Shown one piece after another: positions 50,469 to 62,562 of a DNA stretch of 64,000 nucleotides (within the stretch, counting starts at the first letter, position 1; every line of letters begins with the position of its first letter). The position numbers and the translations under genes are program-made. Source of the stretch: an uncultured Acidobacteriaceae bacterium (GTDB lineage: Bacteria > Acidobacteriota > Terriglobia > Terriglobales > Acidobacteriaceae); the NCBI GenBank assembly GCA_963712845.1, contig CAVQJM010000023.1:15304-79303 (forward strand), in the 5' to 3' direction. The notes beneath the pieces are model-generated. The model saw only the letters and a program-made list of their open reading frames with translations. It did no database searches and was not told where the DNA came from.

Positions 50469-51278
50469 ATGTATCCTCGCTTTCTCCAGTTCGGTGCATT
50501 CGTGATCTCCACCTATGGCGTGCTCGCCGCGCTCGCGTCATTGTGCGGCATTGCGCTATGGACCAGCATCGCGCGCCGCACGGGGCTGGACGCAGCAAAG
50601 ATCCAGAACACCGGCCTGCTCGCCGTGGTGTGTGTGGTGGTGGGAGCGCGGCTGGCGGTGGTGGTCGCCAACTGGCGCGGCTTTCTCGAAGCGCCGCTGC
50701 TTATCCTCAGCGCCGGCACGCTGGCATCCGGTAGCGCAGCCATCTTCGGCGTGTTGCTGGCTGCCGTTGCAGTCATCCTCTACCTGCTGCGTGCGCACGT
50801 GCCGGTGATGGGCGCGTTGGCTGCGGCAGCGCCCGCGATGATGCTCGCCTTGGCGATTCTCGATATCGGGAACTTCGCCGCCGGCTCGCACTACGGCGCG
50901 CCCGCTACTGTGCCCTGGGCTGTCACATATACCAGCCGCTTTGCCGCGCGCACCACGGGCGTGCCGTTGGGGCTAGCGGTGCATCCGGTGCAGCTCTATG
51001 CCGCCATCGGACACTTCGCGCTCGCCGCCGCGCTGGTCGTCATGCTGCGCACGGGAGTAGGTGCCGCGGAGGTTCTCGGCACGGCTCTCTTCGCCGACGG
51101 CGTACTGCGCTTTCTGCTCGCGCCGCTGTTGGGCGAATACGCAGACGCCTCCGTGCTCTTCCACGTCGTCACGCCCGCGCAGGCCATCGCCATGCTGATG
51201 GTCGTGCTCGGCGGGGTGTGCTGGATCAATCCGTCCTGGCGCGAGAGACGATCGCAACCGGCGGTGCACCATGCCTGA
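50469..51278 (+). CDS. lgt: Prolipoprotein diacylglyceryl transferase
   Basis: 269 aa, polytopic. FVISTYGVLAAL, the GARLAVVV region, and HPVQLYAAIGHF. The assignment rests on overall pattern; the signature is partly degenerate. Confidence 0.7.
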   Translation: MYPRFLQFGAFVISTYGVLAALASLCGIALWTSIARRTGLDAAKIQNTGLLAVVCVVVGARLAVVVANWRGFLEAPLLILSAGTLASGSAAIFGVLLAAVAVILYLLRAHVPVMGALAAAAPAMMLALAILDIGNFAAGSHYGAPATVPWAVTYTSRFAARTTGVPLGLAVHPVQLYAAIGHFALAAALVVMLRTGVGAAEVLGTALFADGVLRFLLAPLLGEYADASVLFHVVTPAQAIAMLMVVLGGVCWINPSWRERRSQPAVHHA

Positions 51279-52380
51279 GAACGCGACACCTGATACGGCG
51301 CCCACATCGCGCGTGCTCGTGGTTGACGCTGAAGCTGCCGGCCGTCGCCTCGATCAATATCTCGTCGAAGCGCTCGCGGTCAGTCGAGCGCGAGTGCAGT
51401 GGCTGCTGTCCGAGGGCAAGGTGCTGCTCGAAGGCAAGCCGCCCAAGGCCAGCCTGAAGCTGCGCGGCAGTGAGCAGCTCTCCATCACCGGCGAAGCGGA
51501 GCCGCGTCCGCTCCACGCTGTTCCCGAGGCCATCACTCTCGACATCGTCTACGAGGACGACGACCTCGCCGTCATCAACAAGGCCGCCGGCATGATGGTG
51601 CACGCCGGCTCCGGCTCAACCGACGATGCGCGCAACCGCGGCACGCTGGTCAACGCGCTGCTGCATCATTTTCAGGAGCTCTCCTCGCATGCTGGAGAGC
51701 TGCGCCCCGGCATCGTGCATCGTCTGGACAAGCAGACTAGCGGACTGCTGCTGGTGGCGAAGCACGACAAGGCACACGCCAAGTTGGCCGACATGTTCGC
51801 GCGTCGCCAGGTGCGCAAGACCTACATCGCGCTGGTGCATGGCGCCGTTGCAGCCGAGAGCGGAACGGTGAACGCCGCCATCAGCCGCGACACCGTGCGT
51901 CGCACGCGCATGACCACGCGCCGCGACGACGGCCGCATCGCCATCAGCCACTACCGCGTGCTACGCCGCATTGAATCGCGCTTCGGCCGCTTCACCCTGG
52001 TCTCGGTGCGCATCGAGACCGGCCGCACCCACCAGATTCGCGTCCACATGGCGTCGATTGGGCACCCAATTGTCGGCGACACACTCTACGGCGCGCCTGC
52101 TTTGATCCATCTGGCGCCGGCTACCGGCAGTGCACAGACGCCTCGCCGCAAAGCAGCCGAACCTGGCGCGGCAGCGCAGCCAACGCTCCACCTCGAGCGC
52201 AACTTCCTCCACGCAGCAGAACTCGCACTCGCGCACCCGGTCACGGGAAAGCCGCTTGCCTTTGAGGCGCCACTGCCGGAAGAGCTGGAGCTGTTTCTCA
52301 AACAATTTGCTACCGAGTTGACCATCCAGCGCCTCTCCGCACCAGCCGCCGCTCGCGCGCGCAGGGAACGCATACAATGA
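51271..52380 (+). CDS. rluD: RluA-family 23S rRNA pseudouridine synthase (RluD-like, with S4 domain)
   Basis: S4 domain RLDQYLVEAL..SRARVQWLLSEGKVLLEG and catalytic block HRLDKQTSGLLLVAK, plus GRTHQIRVH. It overlaps the lgt stop by 8 nt. Confidence 0.85.
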   Translation: MPENATPDTAPTSRVLVVDAEAAGRRLDQYLVEALAVSRARVQWLLSEGKVLLEGKPPKASLKLRGSEQLSITGEAEPRPLHAVPEAITLDIVYEDDDLAVINKAAGMMVHAGSGSTDDARNRGTLVNALLHHFQELSSHAGELRPGIVHRLDKQTSGLLLVAKHDKAHAKLADMFARRQVRKTYIALVHGAVAAESGTVNAAISRDTVRRTRMTTRRDDGRIAISHYRVLRRIESRFGRFTLVSVRIETGRTHQIRVHMASIGHPIVGDTLYGAPALIHLAPATGSAQTPRRKAAEPGAAAQPTLHLERNFLHAAELALAHPVTGKPLAFEAPLPEELELFLKQFATELTIQRLSAPAAARARRERIQ

Positions 52381-53603
52381 AAGCAGCCTCCATGAGTCCT
52401 CGCCTTCCCTCTGCCCAGGGCCGTTCGGGCTCGCGCCGCTTCGGCTTCTGTCACTACGTCTATGGCGTTTTGCTGACTGGCCTGATCTTCAGTTCGCTTC
52501 CTCTCGCCGCGCAGACTGCCACCCCGACTGCGGGGCAAGCCGCCGCGGCGCCTGCTTCCGCGCCGGCCGCCCAGTCGACGGGCCAGTCCACGCCACCCGC
52601 CCCATTGCCCAACGCACCCGGACAAACCACTCCAGCACCCGCGCCGCCTAAGCCTGCATCGCCACCGCCGGCGCTTCCCGCCGCTCAGCCGCCGGCTCAG
52701 GTCCCGACTCCGCCCAGGGCCAGCAATCAGCAGCCGGAGCAGGCTGCACCCGGCGATGAGCAGGGCACATACACGCTGAAGACCAACGTGAACGAGGTCA
52801 ACTTGACCTTCACCGTGACCGATCGTCACGGGCACTTCGTCAACAACCTGCAGCAGCAGGACTTTGCGCTGCTCGACGATCAGCGCGCTCCCGCGCAGGT
52901 CTACAGCTTCACCCAGCAGACCAATCAACCCTTGCGTGTCGGCCTGGTCATCGACGCCAGCACCTCCATCCGTGCGCGTTTCAAATTCGAGCAGCAGGCA
53001 GCCACCGAGTTTCTGCTCGACATCCTGCGCCCGCGCACCGACCGCGCCTTCATCATGGGCTTCGACGTCACGTCCTACGTTACCCAGGGCTTCACCAACA
53101 ATCCCGACTTGTTGGAGACCGGGCTCAACCGGTTGAAGCCGGGCGGCGGCACCGCGCTCTACGACGCCGTCTACCGTGCTTGTCGCGACCAGATGCTCCG
53201 CGCCGTTCCAGAGAATGCCGAGGTGCGCAAGGCGCTCATCCTGGTGTCGGACGGCGACGACAACCAGAGCCGCGCCTATCTGGATGAGTCAATCAAGATG
53301 TGCCAGCGCGCGGAGACCACCATCTACACCATCAGCACCAACACCAGTCCCACGCGCGAACGCGGCGACGACGTGCTGAAGAAGCTGGCACTGGCCACCG
53401 GCGGCACCGCGTTGTATCCGCAGCGGCTGGAAGACATTGCCAACGAGTTCCACAAGATTGAGGAAGAGCTGCGATCGCAGTACTCGCTCTCCTACAAGCC
53501 GGCAGACTTCCGCGCCGATGGTTCCTTCCGCACCATCTATCTCACCGCCTTGCGCGGCGGATATACCGTCCACGCACGCACCGGATACTTCGCGCCGAAA
53601 TAG
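52377..53603 (+). CDS. VWA domain-containing protein (TIGR03436-like), second paralog, with Pro/Ala-rich linker
   Basis: YTLKTNVNEVNLTFTVTDRHGHFVNNLQQQDFALLDDQRAPAQVYSF, then VWA LVIDASTS...GGGTALYDAV...ILVSDGDDN...IYTIST. The ATGA start/stop overlaps rluD. Confidence 0.75.
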   Translation: MKAASMSPRLPSAQGRSGSRRFGFCHYVYGVLLTGLIFSSLPLAAQTATPTAGQAAAAPASAPAAQSTGQSTPPAPLPNAPGQTTPAPAPPKPASPPPALPAAQPPAQVPTPPRASNQQPEQAAPGDEQGTYTLKTNVNEVNLTFTVTDRHGHFVNNLQQQDFALLDDQRAPAQVYSFTQQTNQPLRVGLVIDASTSIRARFKFEQQAATEFLLDILRPRTDRAFIMGFDVTSYVTQGFTNNPDLLETGLNRLKPGGGTALYDAVYRACRDQMLRAVPENAEVRKALILVSDGDDNQSRAYLDESIKMCQRAETTIYTISTNTSPTRERGDDVLKKLALATGGTALYPQRLEDIANEFHKIEEELRSQYSLSYKPADFRADGSFRTIYLTALRGGYTVHARTGYFAPK

Positions 53604-53606
53604 CCA

Positions 53607-56182
<2,576 letters not shown>

Positions 56183-56239
56183 TTATAGAGATGCACCGAG
56201 CCGCTGGCGTATTCTAATGACCAATGCAGGGAGGCCAAA

Positions 56240-56539
56240 ATGTCTGTGCCGCAACCGGGCGAAGCTGAGCGCCGCTCTCTTCAATATTTTCGCGAGCATG
56301 CAGAAGAATTGGCTCAATCGGTCCGGCGAACCGGCCAGCCTATTGTCTTGACCGATGCCAATGAGGGTGAACTCGTCCTTCAGGATGCCGCTACCTACGC
56401 CCGAATGAAGGCAGAGACAGAGCAACTCGCCTCGATGCGCGCGATTCAGGAAGGAATCAACGCGGCTGAGGCCGGAGACGTGATGCCTGCTGCGGATTAC
56501 TTTCAGGGTTTGAAGGAACGGCTTGCGCTACGTCGTTGA
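56240..56539 (+). CDS. Type II antitoxin, Phd/YefM-like N-domain
   Basis: 99 aa. FREHAEELAQSVRRTGQPIVLTDANEGELVLQDAATYARM. It overlaps the downstream toxin ORF by 17 nt. Confidence 0.65.
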   Translation: MSVPQPGEAERRSLQYFREHAEELAQSVRRTGQPIVLTDANEGELVLQDAATYARMKAETEQLASMRAIQEGINAAEAGDVMPAADYFQGLKERLALRR

Positions 56540-56834
56540 GATCTCTGGACCGGCCCAAGCGGACATCGACAAGCAGGCAGACTATCTGGTGAGCGAAGGT
56601 GCAGCCGCAGAACGAATCCAGGACTGGGTGAATCGAATCGAGGATGCAATCGCCAGTCTTGCTAAGATGCCGGAGCGATGTCCCCGCATTCCAGAACCTT
56701 TGCCCGCAGTGCTGACGTTACATCATCTCGTGGCCGGTGCGCATCGCATCGTCTTTGGGATCGACCGACAGAACCTTCGCGTGATCATCTATCGTGTCTT
56801 TCACGGCGCTCGGGTTTTGCAGTCTCTCGGCTAA
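56523..56834 (+). CDS. Type II toxin, RelE/ParE superfamily
   Basis: 103 aa with a TTG start. AQADIDKQADYL...ERCPRIPE...HRIVFGIDRQNLRVIIYRVFHGAR is the characteristic ParE/RelE C-terminal pattern. Confidence 0.65.
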   Translation: MRYVVEISGPAQADIDKQADYLVSEGAAAERIQDWVNRIEDAIASLAKMPERCPRIPEPLPAVLTLHHLVAGAHRIVFGIDRQNLRVIIYRVFHGARVLQSLG

Positions 56835-56866
56835 TCCCAGCCCTCACTCGGATCCCACACTAGCCC

Positions 56867-57922
56867 ATGGAACCAGTCACCCACTTCCTCACCGGCGCAT
56901 GCCTGGGCCGCGCCGGCTTCAATCGCAAGACCGCATACGCAACGCTGGCCATGACACTGGCCGCCGAGGCGCCCGACCTCGATGTGTTCTGGGGCTTTCG
57001 CGGGCCGCTGGTTGCCTTCCAGCATCACCGTGGCTTCACTCACACATTCCTCGCCGCGCCGCTGGTTGCCCTCGTGGTCACGCTCTTCTGCTGGGGCTTC
57101 CACCGGCTGCGACGAAAGAAGCCGCCCATCCCGCCGCGATGGCTCCTGCTCTTCCTCTTTGCGCTGCTCGCCGATCTCAGCCATCTCCTGCTCGACTTCA
57201 CCAATAACTACGGGTTGCGGCCTTTTGCCCCGTGGAATCCGCGCTGGTATTCGTGGGACATCGTCTTCATCTTCGAGCCGGTGATGTTCGTCATGCTGCT
57301 CAGCGGGCTGCTGATTCCGGCACTCCTCGGCCTGGTGGACCGTGAGATTTCGAAGCGCCGCCCGCTCTTTCGTGGACACGGCTGGGCGGTTGCTGCGCTG
57401 GTCGGCGTCGCCGCGCTCTACACGCTGCGCAGCACCGAGCACGCGCTCGCAGTGCACCTGCTGCAGCAGACCTCCTTCGACCGGCCGGTCGAGCGCGTGG
57501 CCGCCGAACCCTATCCCATCAATCCCTTTCGCTGGCAGGGCATCGTCGAGACGGACAACGCTTACCATTTCGCAGATGTGCTGACGAGGAGTGACGCCGT
57601 CGATATCGATGAGACGGTAGGCGCCATCTACAAGCCGCCGGTGACACCCGCCGTCGCCGCGGCCAAGCGTTCCTGGCTGGGCCGCGTCTATCTCGACTGG
57701 TCACAGTTCCCGCTGGTCGAAGACATCGGCCCCGGCACGCCGCCCGACCTGCCGCAGGATGCCGGCCAGCACTTCGAGCAGGTGAACTTCCACGACATGC
57801 GCTTCGGCTACACCGACTGGTTTGGCTCCCACGAGCGCCGGAAGCCGCTCTCCGGCTCCGTCTTCGTCGCGCCCAACGGCCAGATTGAGGCCACCTACAT
57901 GGATGGGCGGCCGCAGGACTGA
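56867..57922 (+). CDS. Membrane-bound metal-dependent hydrolase (YdjM/DUF457 family) with extra C-terminal domain
   Basis: MEPVTHFLTGACLGRAG, HRGFTHTF, and the LLDFTNNYG region. 351 aa. Confidence 0.65.
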   Translation: MEPVTHFLTGACLGRAGFNRKTAYATLAMTLAAEAPDLDVFWGFRGPLVAFQHHRGFTHTFLAAPLVALVVTLFCWGFHRLRRKKPPIPPRWLLLFLFALLADLSHLLLDFTNNYGLRPFAPWNPRWYSWDIVFIFEPVMFVMLLSGLLIPALLGLVDREISKRRPLFRGHGWAVAALVGVAALYTLRSTEHALAVHLLQQTSFDRPVERVAAEPYPINPFRWQGIVETDNAYHFADVLTRSDAVDIDETVGAIYKPPVTPAVAAAKRSWLGRVYLDWSQFPLVEDIGPGTPPDLPQDAGQHFEQVNFHDMRFGYTDWFGSHERRKPLSGSVFVAPNGQIEATYMDGRPQD

Positions 57923-57996
57923 TATGGCGACGGTTCTACGGGAAAAATCACGCCTTTCGGAAGAAATGCTCTAAAATTAGACTTCGAGGTCTGCTT

Positions 57997-58536
57997 ATGT
58001 CCGCGTTCGTGCTTATCCTGGCCGCTCTTGTCAGCCGCGTTGCCGCTCTCGCCGGCTGGTTCAACTTCACTGCCGTCGGCGGCTCGCTGCTCTACTTCGG
58101 CGCGCGACGTCCCCTGCGCCAGGCAGCGTGGGCCTTGGTACCGTTCATGGCCATGGATGTCTACCTCACCACCCGCGTCTATCGCATGGCCTTCCACGCC
58201 CAGGACTACCTCATCACCTGGCTCTGGTACGCCGCGGTGCTGGTGTTGGGCTCTCTGCTGCTGAAGCAGCGGACCAACGTGACACGCGTCGTCTCCGGCT
58301 CGCTGCTGGCATCCACCTCGTTCTTCGCCGTCAGCAACTATGCGGTATGGGTCGGCTCCGGCATGTATCCGCACACGCTGGGCGGACTCATCGCCTGCTA
58401 CGGGTCGGCAATTCCCTTCTACCGCAATGATCTGGTCTCTACCCTGTTGGTGACGGGCGTGGTCTTCGGTGCGGAAGCGCTGGTCCGTCGTTCCCGCCAG
58501 GCGAATGCCGCCAGCCCAGGCCAGATCGCCGCCTAA
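57997..58536 (+). CDS. Hypothetical inner-membrane protein (5-6 TM)
   Basis: 179-aa hydrophobic ORF with clear TM periodicity. No catalytic motif was recognised. Confidence 0.55.
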   Translation: MSAFVLILAALVSRVAALAGWFNFTAVGGSLLYFGARRPLRQAAWALVPFMAMDVYLTTRVYRMAFHAQDYLITWLWYAAVLVLGSLLLKQRTNVTRVVSGSLLASTSFFAVSNYAVWVGSGMYPHTLGGLIACYGSAIPFYRNDLVSTLLVTGVVFGAEALVRRSRQANAASPGQIAA

Positions 58537-58560
58537 CCAGAGTCGCAGAGCAAATAAGAA

Positions 58561-58583
58561 GGGCGCGGCCATTGGCCGCGCCC
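58561..58583. terminator. Bidirectional terminator hairpin between convergent genes
   Basis: GGGCGCGGCC-att-GGCCGCGCCC, a perfect 10-bp stem, flanked by AAGAA upstream and TTCGCG downstream. Confidence 0.6.
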
Positions 58584-58602
58584 TTCGCGTCTGCAGCAGC
58601 TT

Positions 58603-59043
58603 TCAGAACGCCGCTTTGGCGCCTGCCATCAGCTCTTCCTCGCTTGGCTTCTTCAGCGTCTGCCCCGCTGACCAGGAGTGTCCAAATGGATCGGTGAACT
58701 GCCCATAGCGGTCGCCCCAGAACTGGTCCGCGAGTGGCATTGTCACCTTGGCGCCCGCCGCCAGGGCGTTGGCCCACAGCGTGTCCACGTCATCGGTGTG
58801 CAGGTGCAGTGTCACCGGCGAGCCGCCAAAGGCCTCCGGCGTGCGGCTGCGGCCCATGTGTTCGGCAAAATCATCGGAAAGCATCAGGTCCATACCCAAC
58901 ACCTTTAGGTGGGCATGCATCAGGCGCTTGCCGTCCGGCGCAAGGTGGCGAGCGAGCTCTTCCGCGCCGAAGGCCTTTTTGTAAAAATCGATGGCCGCGG
59001 CAGCATTGCTCACGGTCAGGTACGGTGTCACAGTTTGGCTCAT
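58603..59043 (-). CDS. VOC-family protein (glyoxalase/bleomycin-resistance fold, PhnB-like)
   Basis: The ATG at 59043 gives MSQTVTPYLTVSNAAAAIDFYKKAFGAEE...FWGDRYGQFTDPFGHSW. Confidence 0.8.
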   Translation of the reverse strand: MSQTVTPYLTVSNAAAAIDFYKKAFGAEELARHLAPDGKRLMHAHLKVLGMDLMLSDDFAEHMGRSRTPEAFGGSPVTLHLHTDDVDTLWANALAAGAKVTMPLADQFWGDRYGQFTDPFGHSWSAGQTLKKPSEEELMAGAKAAF

Positions 59044-59205
59044 GGGTATCTCCTTCAAATTCAAATTAGCTTGTCGGGAACCGGGGCTCGGCGACGCGCG
59101 CCCAGCGCAGGCGCCAGCATACTCGCCGTAGATCACAGCCACAACCGCCCTAGCCGCGGCAGCCGGCCGAAGCAACCGGACGCTGATTTATCCTGACGAT
59201 TGACC

Positions 59206-60306
59206 ATGCCCGACGATTCGATCCCTGCACTGGGCGGCTACGACGATGCCGCTCTGGACCAAGCCTTTCGCTCGCTGACCGCCGATCTGGAGCGCGCCGC
59301 CGGCTCGCTGGACGGCGCCGATGCCGTTGAGCACTTTCGGCTGGAGTGGCTGGGCCGCAAGCACGGCCGCCTCAAGACGGTCAGCGATGCGTGGCTGAAA
59401 ACGGCGCCGGCGGAGGCCCGCCGTCCCCTCGGCCAGCGCTTCAACACGCTCAAGGAGCGCATCGAAACCCTGCTCACCGATGCCGCCGCCGGCAAGCACC
59501 GCGTCGCAACCGGCACGGCCATCGATGTCACGCTCCCCGGCACGCGCCCGCAGATCGGCGCGGAGCATCCCATCCTGCGCACCTGGCGTGAGGCCGTGAG
59601 CATCTTCGCGGCTCTCGGCTACTCCGTCGCTACCGGCCCCGAGGTGGAGACCGACTACTACAACTTCGAGTCGCTGAACTTCCCGCCCAACCACCCCGCC
59701 CGCGACACGCAGGACACGCTCGTCGTCGTGGGACAGGAGCGCAAGCCGCTGCGCGACCGGTTGCTCATGCGCACCCACACCTCGCCGGTACAGATCCGCA
59801 CCATGGAGCAGCAGCCGCCGCCCATTCGGCTCGTCATCCCCGGCAAGGTGCACCGCAACGACGCCGCCGACGCGACGCACTCGCCCATCTTCCACCAGCT
59901 TGAAGGCCTGTGCGTGGACGAGGGCATCACCTTCGGCGATCTCAAGGGGACGCTCGACCACGCGATGAAAGCCTTCTTCGGATCGAGCGTGAAGACGCGC
60001 TTCTTCCCGTCGTTTTTCCCCTTCACCGAGCCGAGCGCGGACGTGCAGATCTCCTGCATCTTCTGCGGCGGCAAAGGCTGCCGCAAATGCAAGCACTCCG
60101 GCTGGATCGAGCTGCTGGGCTGCGGCATGGTGGACCCCGCAGTCTTCGGCTTCGTGCGCGAAAAGCAGCCCGCCTACGACCCGGAGAAGATCTCCGGCTT
60201 CGCCTTCGGCATGGGCCTGGATCGCATCGCGATGATGAAATACGGCATCAGCGACATCGGCCTGCTCTTCTCCGGGGATGTGCGGTTTCTGGAGCAGTTC
60301 GCGTGA
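59206..60306 (+). CDS. pheS: Phenylalanine--tRNA ligase alpha subunit
   Basis: Class II motifs: NFPPNHPARDTQDT, MRTHTSPVQIR, GKVHRND.DATHSPIFHQLEG, FPFTEPSADV, AFGMGLDRIAMM. An alternative TTG start lies at 59200. Confidence 0.95.
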   Translation: MPDDSIPALGGYDDAALDQAFRSLTADLERAAGSLDGADAVEHFRLEWLGRKHGRLKTVSDAWLKTAPAEARRPLGQRFNTLKERIETLLTDAAAGKHRVATGTAIDVTLPGTRPQIGAEHPILRTWREAVSIFAALGYSVATGPEVETDYYNFESLNFPPNHPARDTQDTLVVVGQERKPLRDRLLMRTHTSPVQIRTMEQQPPPIRLVIPGKVHRNDAADATHSPIFHQLEGLCVDEGITFGDLKGTLDHAMKAFFGSSVKTRFFPSFFPFTEPSADVQISCIFCGGKGCRKCKHSGWIELLGCGMVDPAVFGFVREKQPAYDPEKISGFAFGMGLDRIAMMKYGISDIGLLFSGDVRFLEQFA

Positions 60307-62423
60307 ACATACTCAGCGCCTGGCTCCGTGCATACTTGCCGCCGTTCGACGCTAGCGACCGTACGCTTGCCGATGATCTGACACTCCGCGGAATCGCCGT
60401 CGAAGGCGTCTTCGACGTAGCTCCGCCCGTCGGCGGATCACTCTACGAAACAGACATAACCACTAACCGCGTCGACGCCATGAACCATTACGGCATCGCG
60501 CGCGAAGCCGCGGCGATCTACGGCCTCACGCTCGCGCCGCTCGATACAACATTGCCCGCAGCGAAGCCCGGCGCAGGCCATCCCGTCCGCGGCTTTCCTG
60601 TAAGGATCGAGGCCCCCGATGCCTGCGGCCGCTTCACCGCGCGCATACTGCGCGATGTGAAGATCGGCCCTTCGCAGGGCATCGTCGCCGAGCGATTCGC
60701 GGCCCTCGGCCAGAAGCTGATTCTCAATGCCGTCGATGCCAGCAACTACGTCCTGATTGGCATGGGCCACCCGACGCATGCCTTCGACCTCGACAAGATC
60801 GAAGGCGCCATCCTCGTTCGCCGCGCGCGGGCAGGCGAGCGGCTGAAAACCCTTGACGGTGTAGACCGCGTGCTCGATGCCGATGATGTCGTCGTGGCTG
60901 ACGAGAAGAGGGCCCTCGGCCTCGCCGGCGTGATGGGCGGCTGGGAGACCATGATCACGCCCGAGACGAAGAATATCCTTGTCGAAGCCGCGTGGTTCGA
61001 TCCCGCAGTGGTCCGCCGCATGAGCCGCCGCCACGGCATCCACTCCGATGCGTCGCATCGCTTCGAGCGTGGCGCGGACTTCCACGCGCCACCCGTCGCT
61101 TCAGCATTGGTCTCGCAGTTGATTCTTCAAAGCGGCGGCCACATCGAAGGCGACCTCGTCGATGTCGTCATCCCGCAAGTGCTGGCCCGTGTCGCGGCGC
61201 GGCGTCCCATCGCCTTCTCCGTCCAGCGCTGTGCACAACTACTCGGCCGCACCAGCGATGGCCCCGGCGTCACCGACGAAGTCGCTACCGGCGTCCTGCG
61301 CGCGCTCGGATGCACGCTCGCACCGAGCGGCGAAGGCCGCTACGCCGTCACGCTGCCAAGCTGGCGGCTCGACCTCGAACGCGAGATCGACCTCGTCGAA
61401 GAGGTCGCGCGCGTCTACGGCTACAACCGCTTCGCCAACACGCTGCCCAGCTTCTCCGGCAGTGTGCTGGAGCTGCCGCACGCGCCTAAGCAGGCCGTGG
61501 TGCGCGAGCTACTGCTGGCAGCCGGCTACCACGAGGCCATCTCTTCCACTTTCTGTTCTGCCACCGACGCAGCTACGTTTTCAGCGCAGCCCGGCATCGC
61601 AGTTGCGATGGATAATCCGCTCAGTGAAGAGGCCGGCATGCTGCGCCCATCGCTGGTGCCCGGCATGCTCACCATGCTCGCGCACAACCTGAACCGCAAT
61701 GTGGACGATGTGCGCCTCTTCGAGATCGGCACCGTCTTCACTGGATCGGGGTTCAGCATGGGAGACCGCGTCGAAGAGGCGCAGTGGCTCGCCTTTGGCG
61801 CCACCGGTCAGCTTCGTGATGGCCTGCACTCCGCACGCAGCATCGATTTCTACGATCTCAAAGGCGTTGTCGAAGCGCTCACCAGCCACTTTGCCGCTCG
61901 CGCGGTCTACTACGATGCCTTCCCGGCGGAGAGCGGCTTACTGCCTCATTGGCTCAATCCCGGCCGCGCCGCGCGCTGCGTGGTCGATGGCTCGACCGCC
62001 GGCTACTTCGGCGAGCTGCATCCGGACGAAGCTGCCCAGCGGAAGCTGCGACAGCCTGTCTTTATCGGCGAAATCTATCTCGACCGCCTCTTCCGTCTGT
62101 CGCTGCGCCAGCCCGCCGCGCATGAGATTTCGCGCTACCAGCCGGTGCGGCGCGACTTCTCGCTCGTCTTCCCGGACGCTGTGCACTGGGAGACGGTCGG
62201 CTCCGCGCTTGCCGCGCTCGAGATCGCCGAGTTGCAGGAATATCGCCCGGCCGAGATCTTCCGCGACGCCAAGGGCAAAGCCGTCCCCGCGGGCCACTAC
62301 TCCATGCTGGTCTCGACCACCTTCCAGTCGCCCGAGCGCACCTTGCGCGACGAGGAGCTGCACGCGTGGTCAACGAGCATCGTCATCGCGCTGGAATCGC
62401 TGGGCGGCCGGCTTCGCGCATAG
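60303..62423 (+). CDS. pheT: Phenylalanine--tRNA ligase beta subunit (short form lacking the N-terminal OB/tRNA-binding B2 domain)
   Basis: The GTG at 60303 overlaps the pheS stop (GTGA). B1 (ILSAWLRAYLP...LTLRGIAVEGV) runs straight into the B3/4 region (ETDITTNRVDAMNHYGIAREAA, NYVLIGMGHPTHAFD). B5, the catalytic-like domain and the C-terminal FDX-ACB domain are present. 706 aa. Confidence 0.9.
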   Translation: MNILSAWLRAYLPPFDASDRTLADDLTLRGIAVEGVFDVAPPVGGSLYETDITTNRVDAMNHYGIAREAAAIYGLTLAPLDTTLPAAKPGAGHPVRGFPVRIEAPDACGRFTARILRDVKIGPSQGIVAERFAALGQKLILNAVDASNYVLIGMGHPTHAFDLDKIEGAILVRRARAGERLKTLDGVDRVLDADDVVVADEKRALGLAGVMGGWETMITPETKNILVEAAWFDPAVVRRMSRRHGIHSDASHRFERGADFHAPPVASALVSQLILQSGGHIEGDLVDVVIPQVLARVAARRPIAFSVQRCAQLLGRTSDGPGVTDEVATGVLRALGCTLAPSGEGRYAVTLPSWRLDLEREIDLVEEVARVYGYNRFANTLPSFSGSVLELPHAPKQAVVRELLLAAGYHEAISSTFCSATDAATFSAQPGIAVAMDNPLSEEAGMLRPSLVPGMLTMLAHNLNRNVDDVRLFEIGTVFTGSGFSMGDRVEEAQWLAFGATGQLRDGLHSARSIDFYDLKGVVEALTSHFAARAVYYDAFPAESGLLPHWLNPGRAARCVVDGSTAGYFGELHPDEAAQRKLRQPVFIGEIYLDRLFRLSLRQPAAHEISRYQPVRRDFSLVFPDAVHWETVGSALAALEIAELQEYRPAEIFRDAKGKAVPAGHYSMLVSTTFQSPERTLRDEELHAWSTSIVIALESLGGRLRA

Positions 62424-62475
62424 CACAACCATGCCCTTGCAAGAGGTTGTCAATTAGGGCACACATATGCACAGG

Positions 62476-62500
62476 GGGCGAATCGGATTTGCCTTCGCCC
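62476..62500 (+). terminator. Hairpin after pheT followed by GTTTGCATT
   Basis: GGGCGAA (62476-62482) pairs with TTCGCCC (62494-62500), with an 11-nt loop. Confidence 0.4.
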
Positions 62501-62562
62501 GTTTGCATTGGCGATATACTGCGGCAAAGGTAAGCATCATTTCCCCCATGTTGTGAGGATGT

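Noticed and set aside
59044-59205. T-box or leader-peptide attenuator upstream of pheS
   Set aside because: I saw no T-box consensus (AGAGA...GGTGGTACCGCG-type), no specifier or antiterminator arrangement, and no Phe-rich leader ORF.
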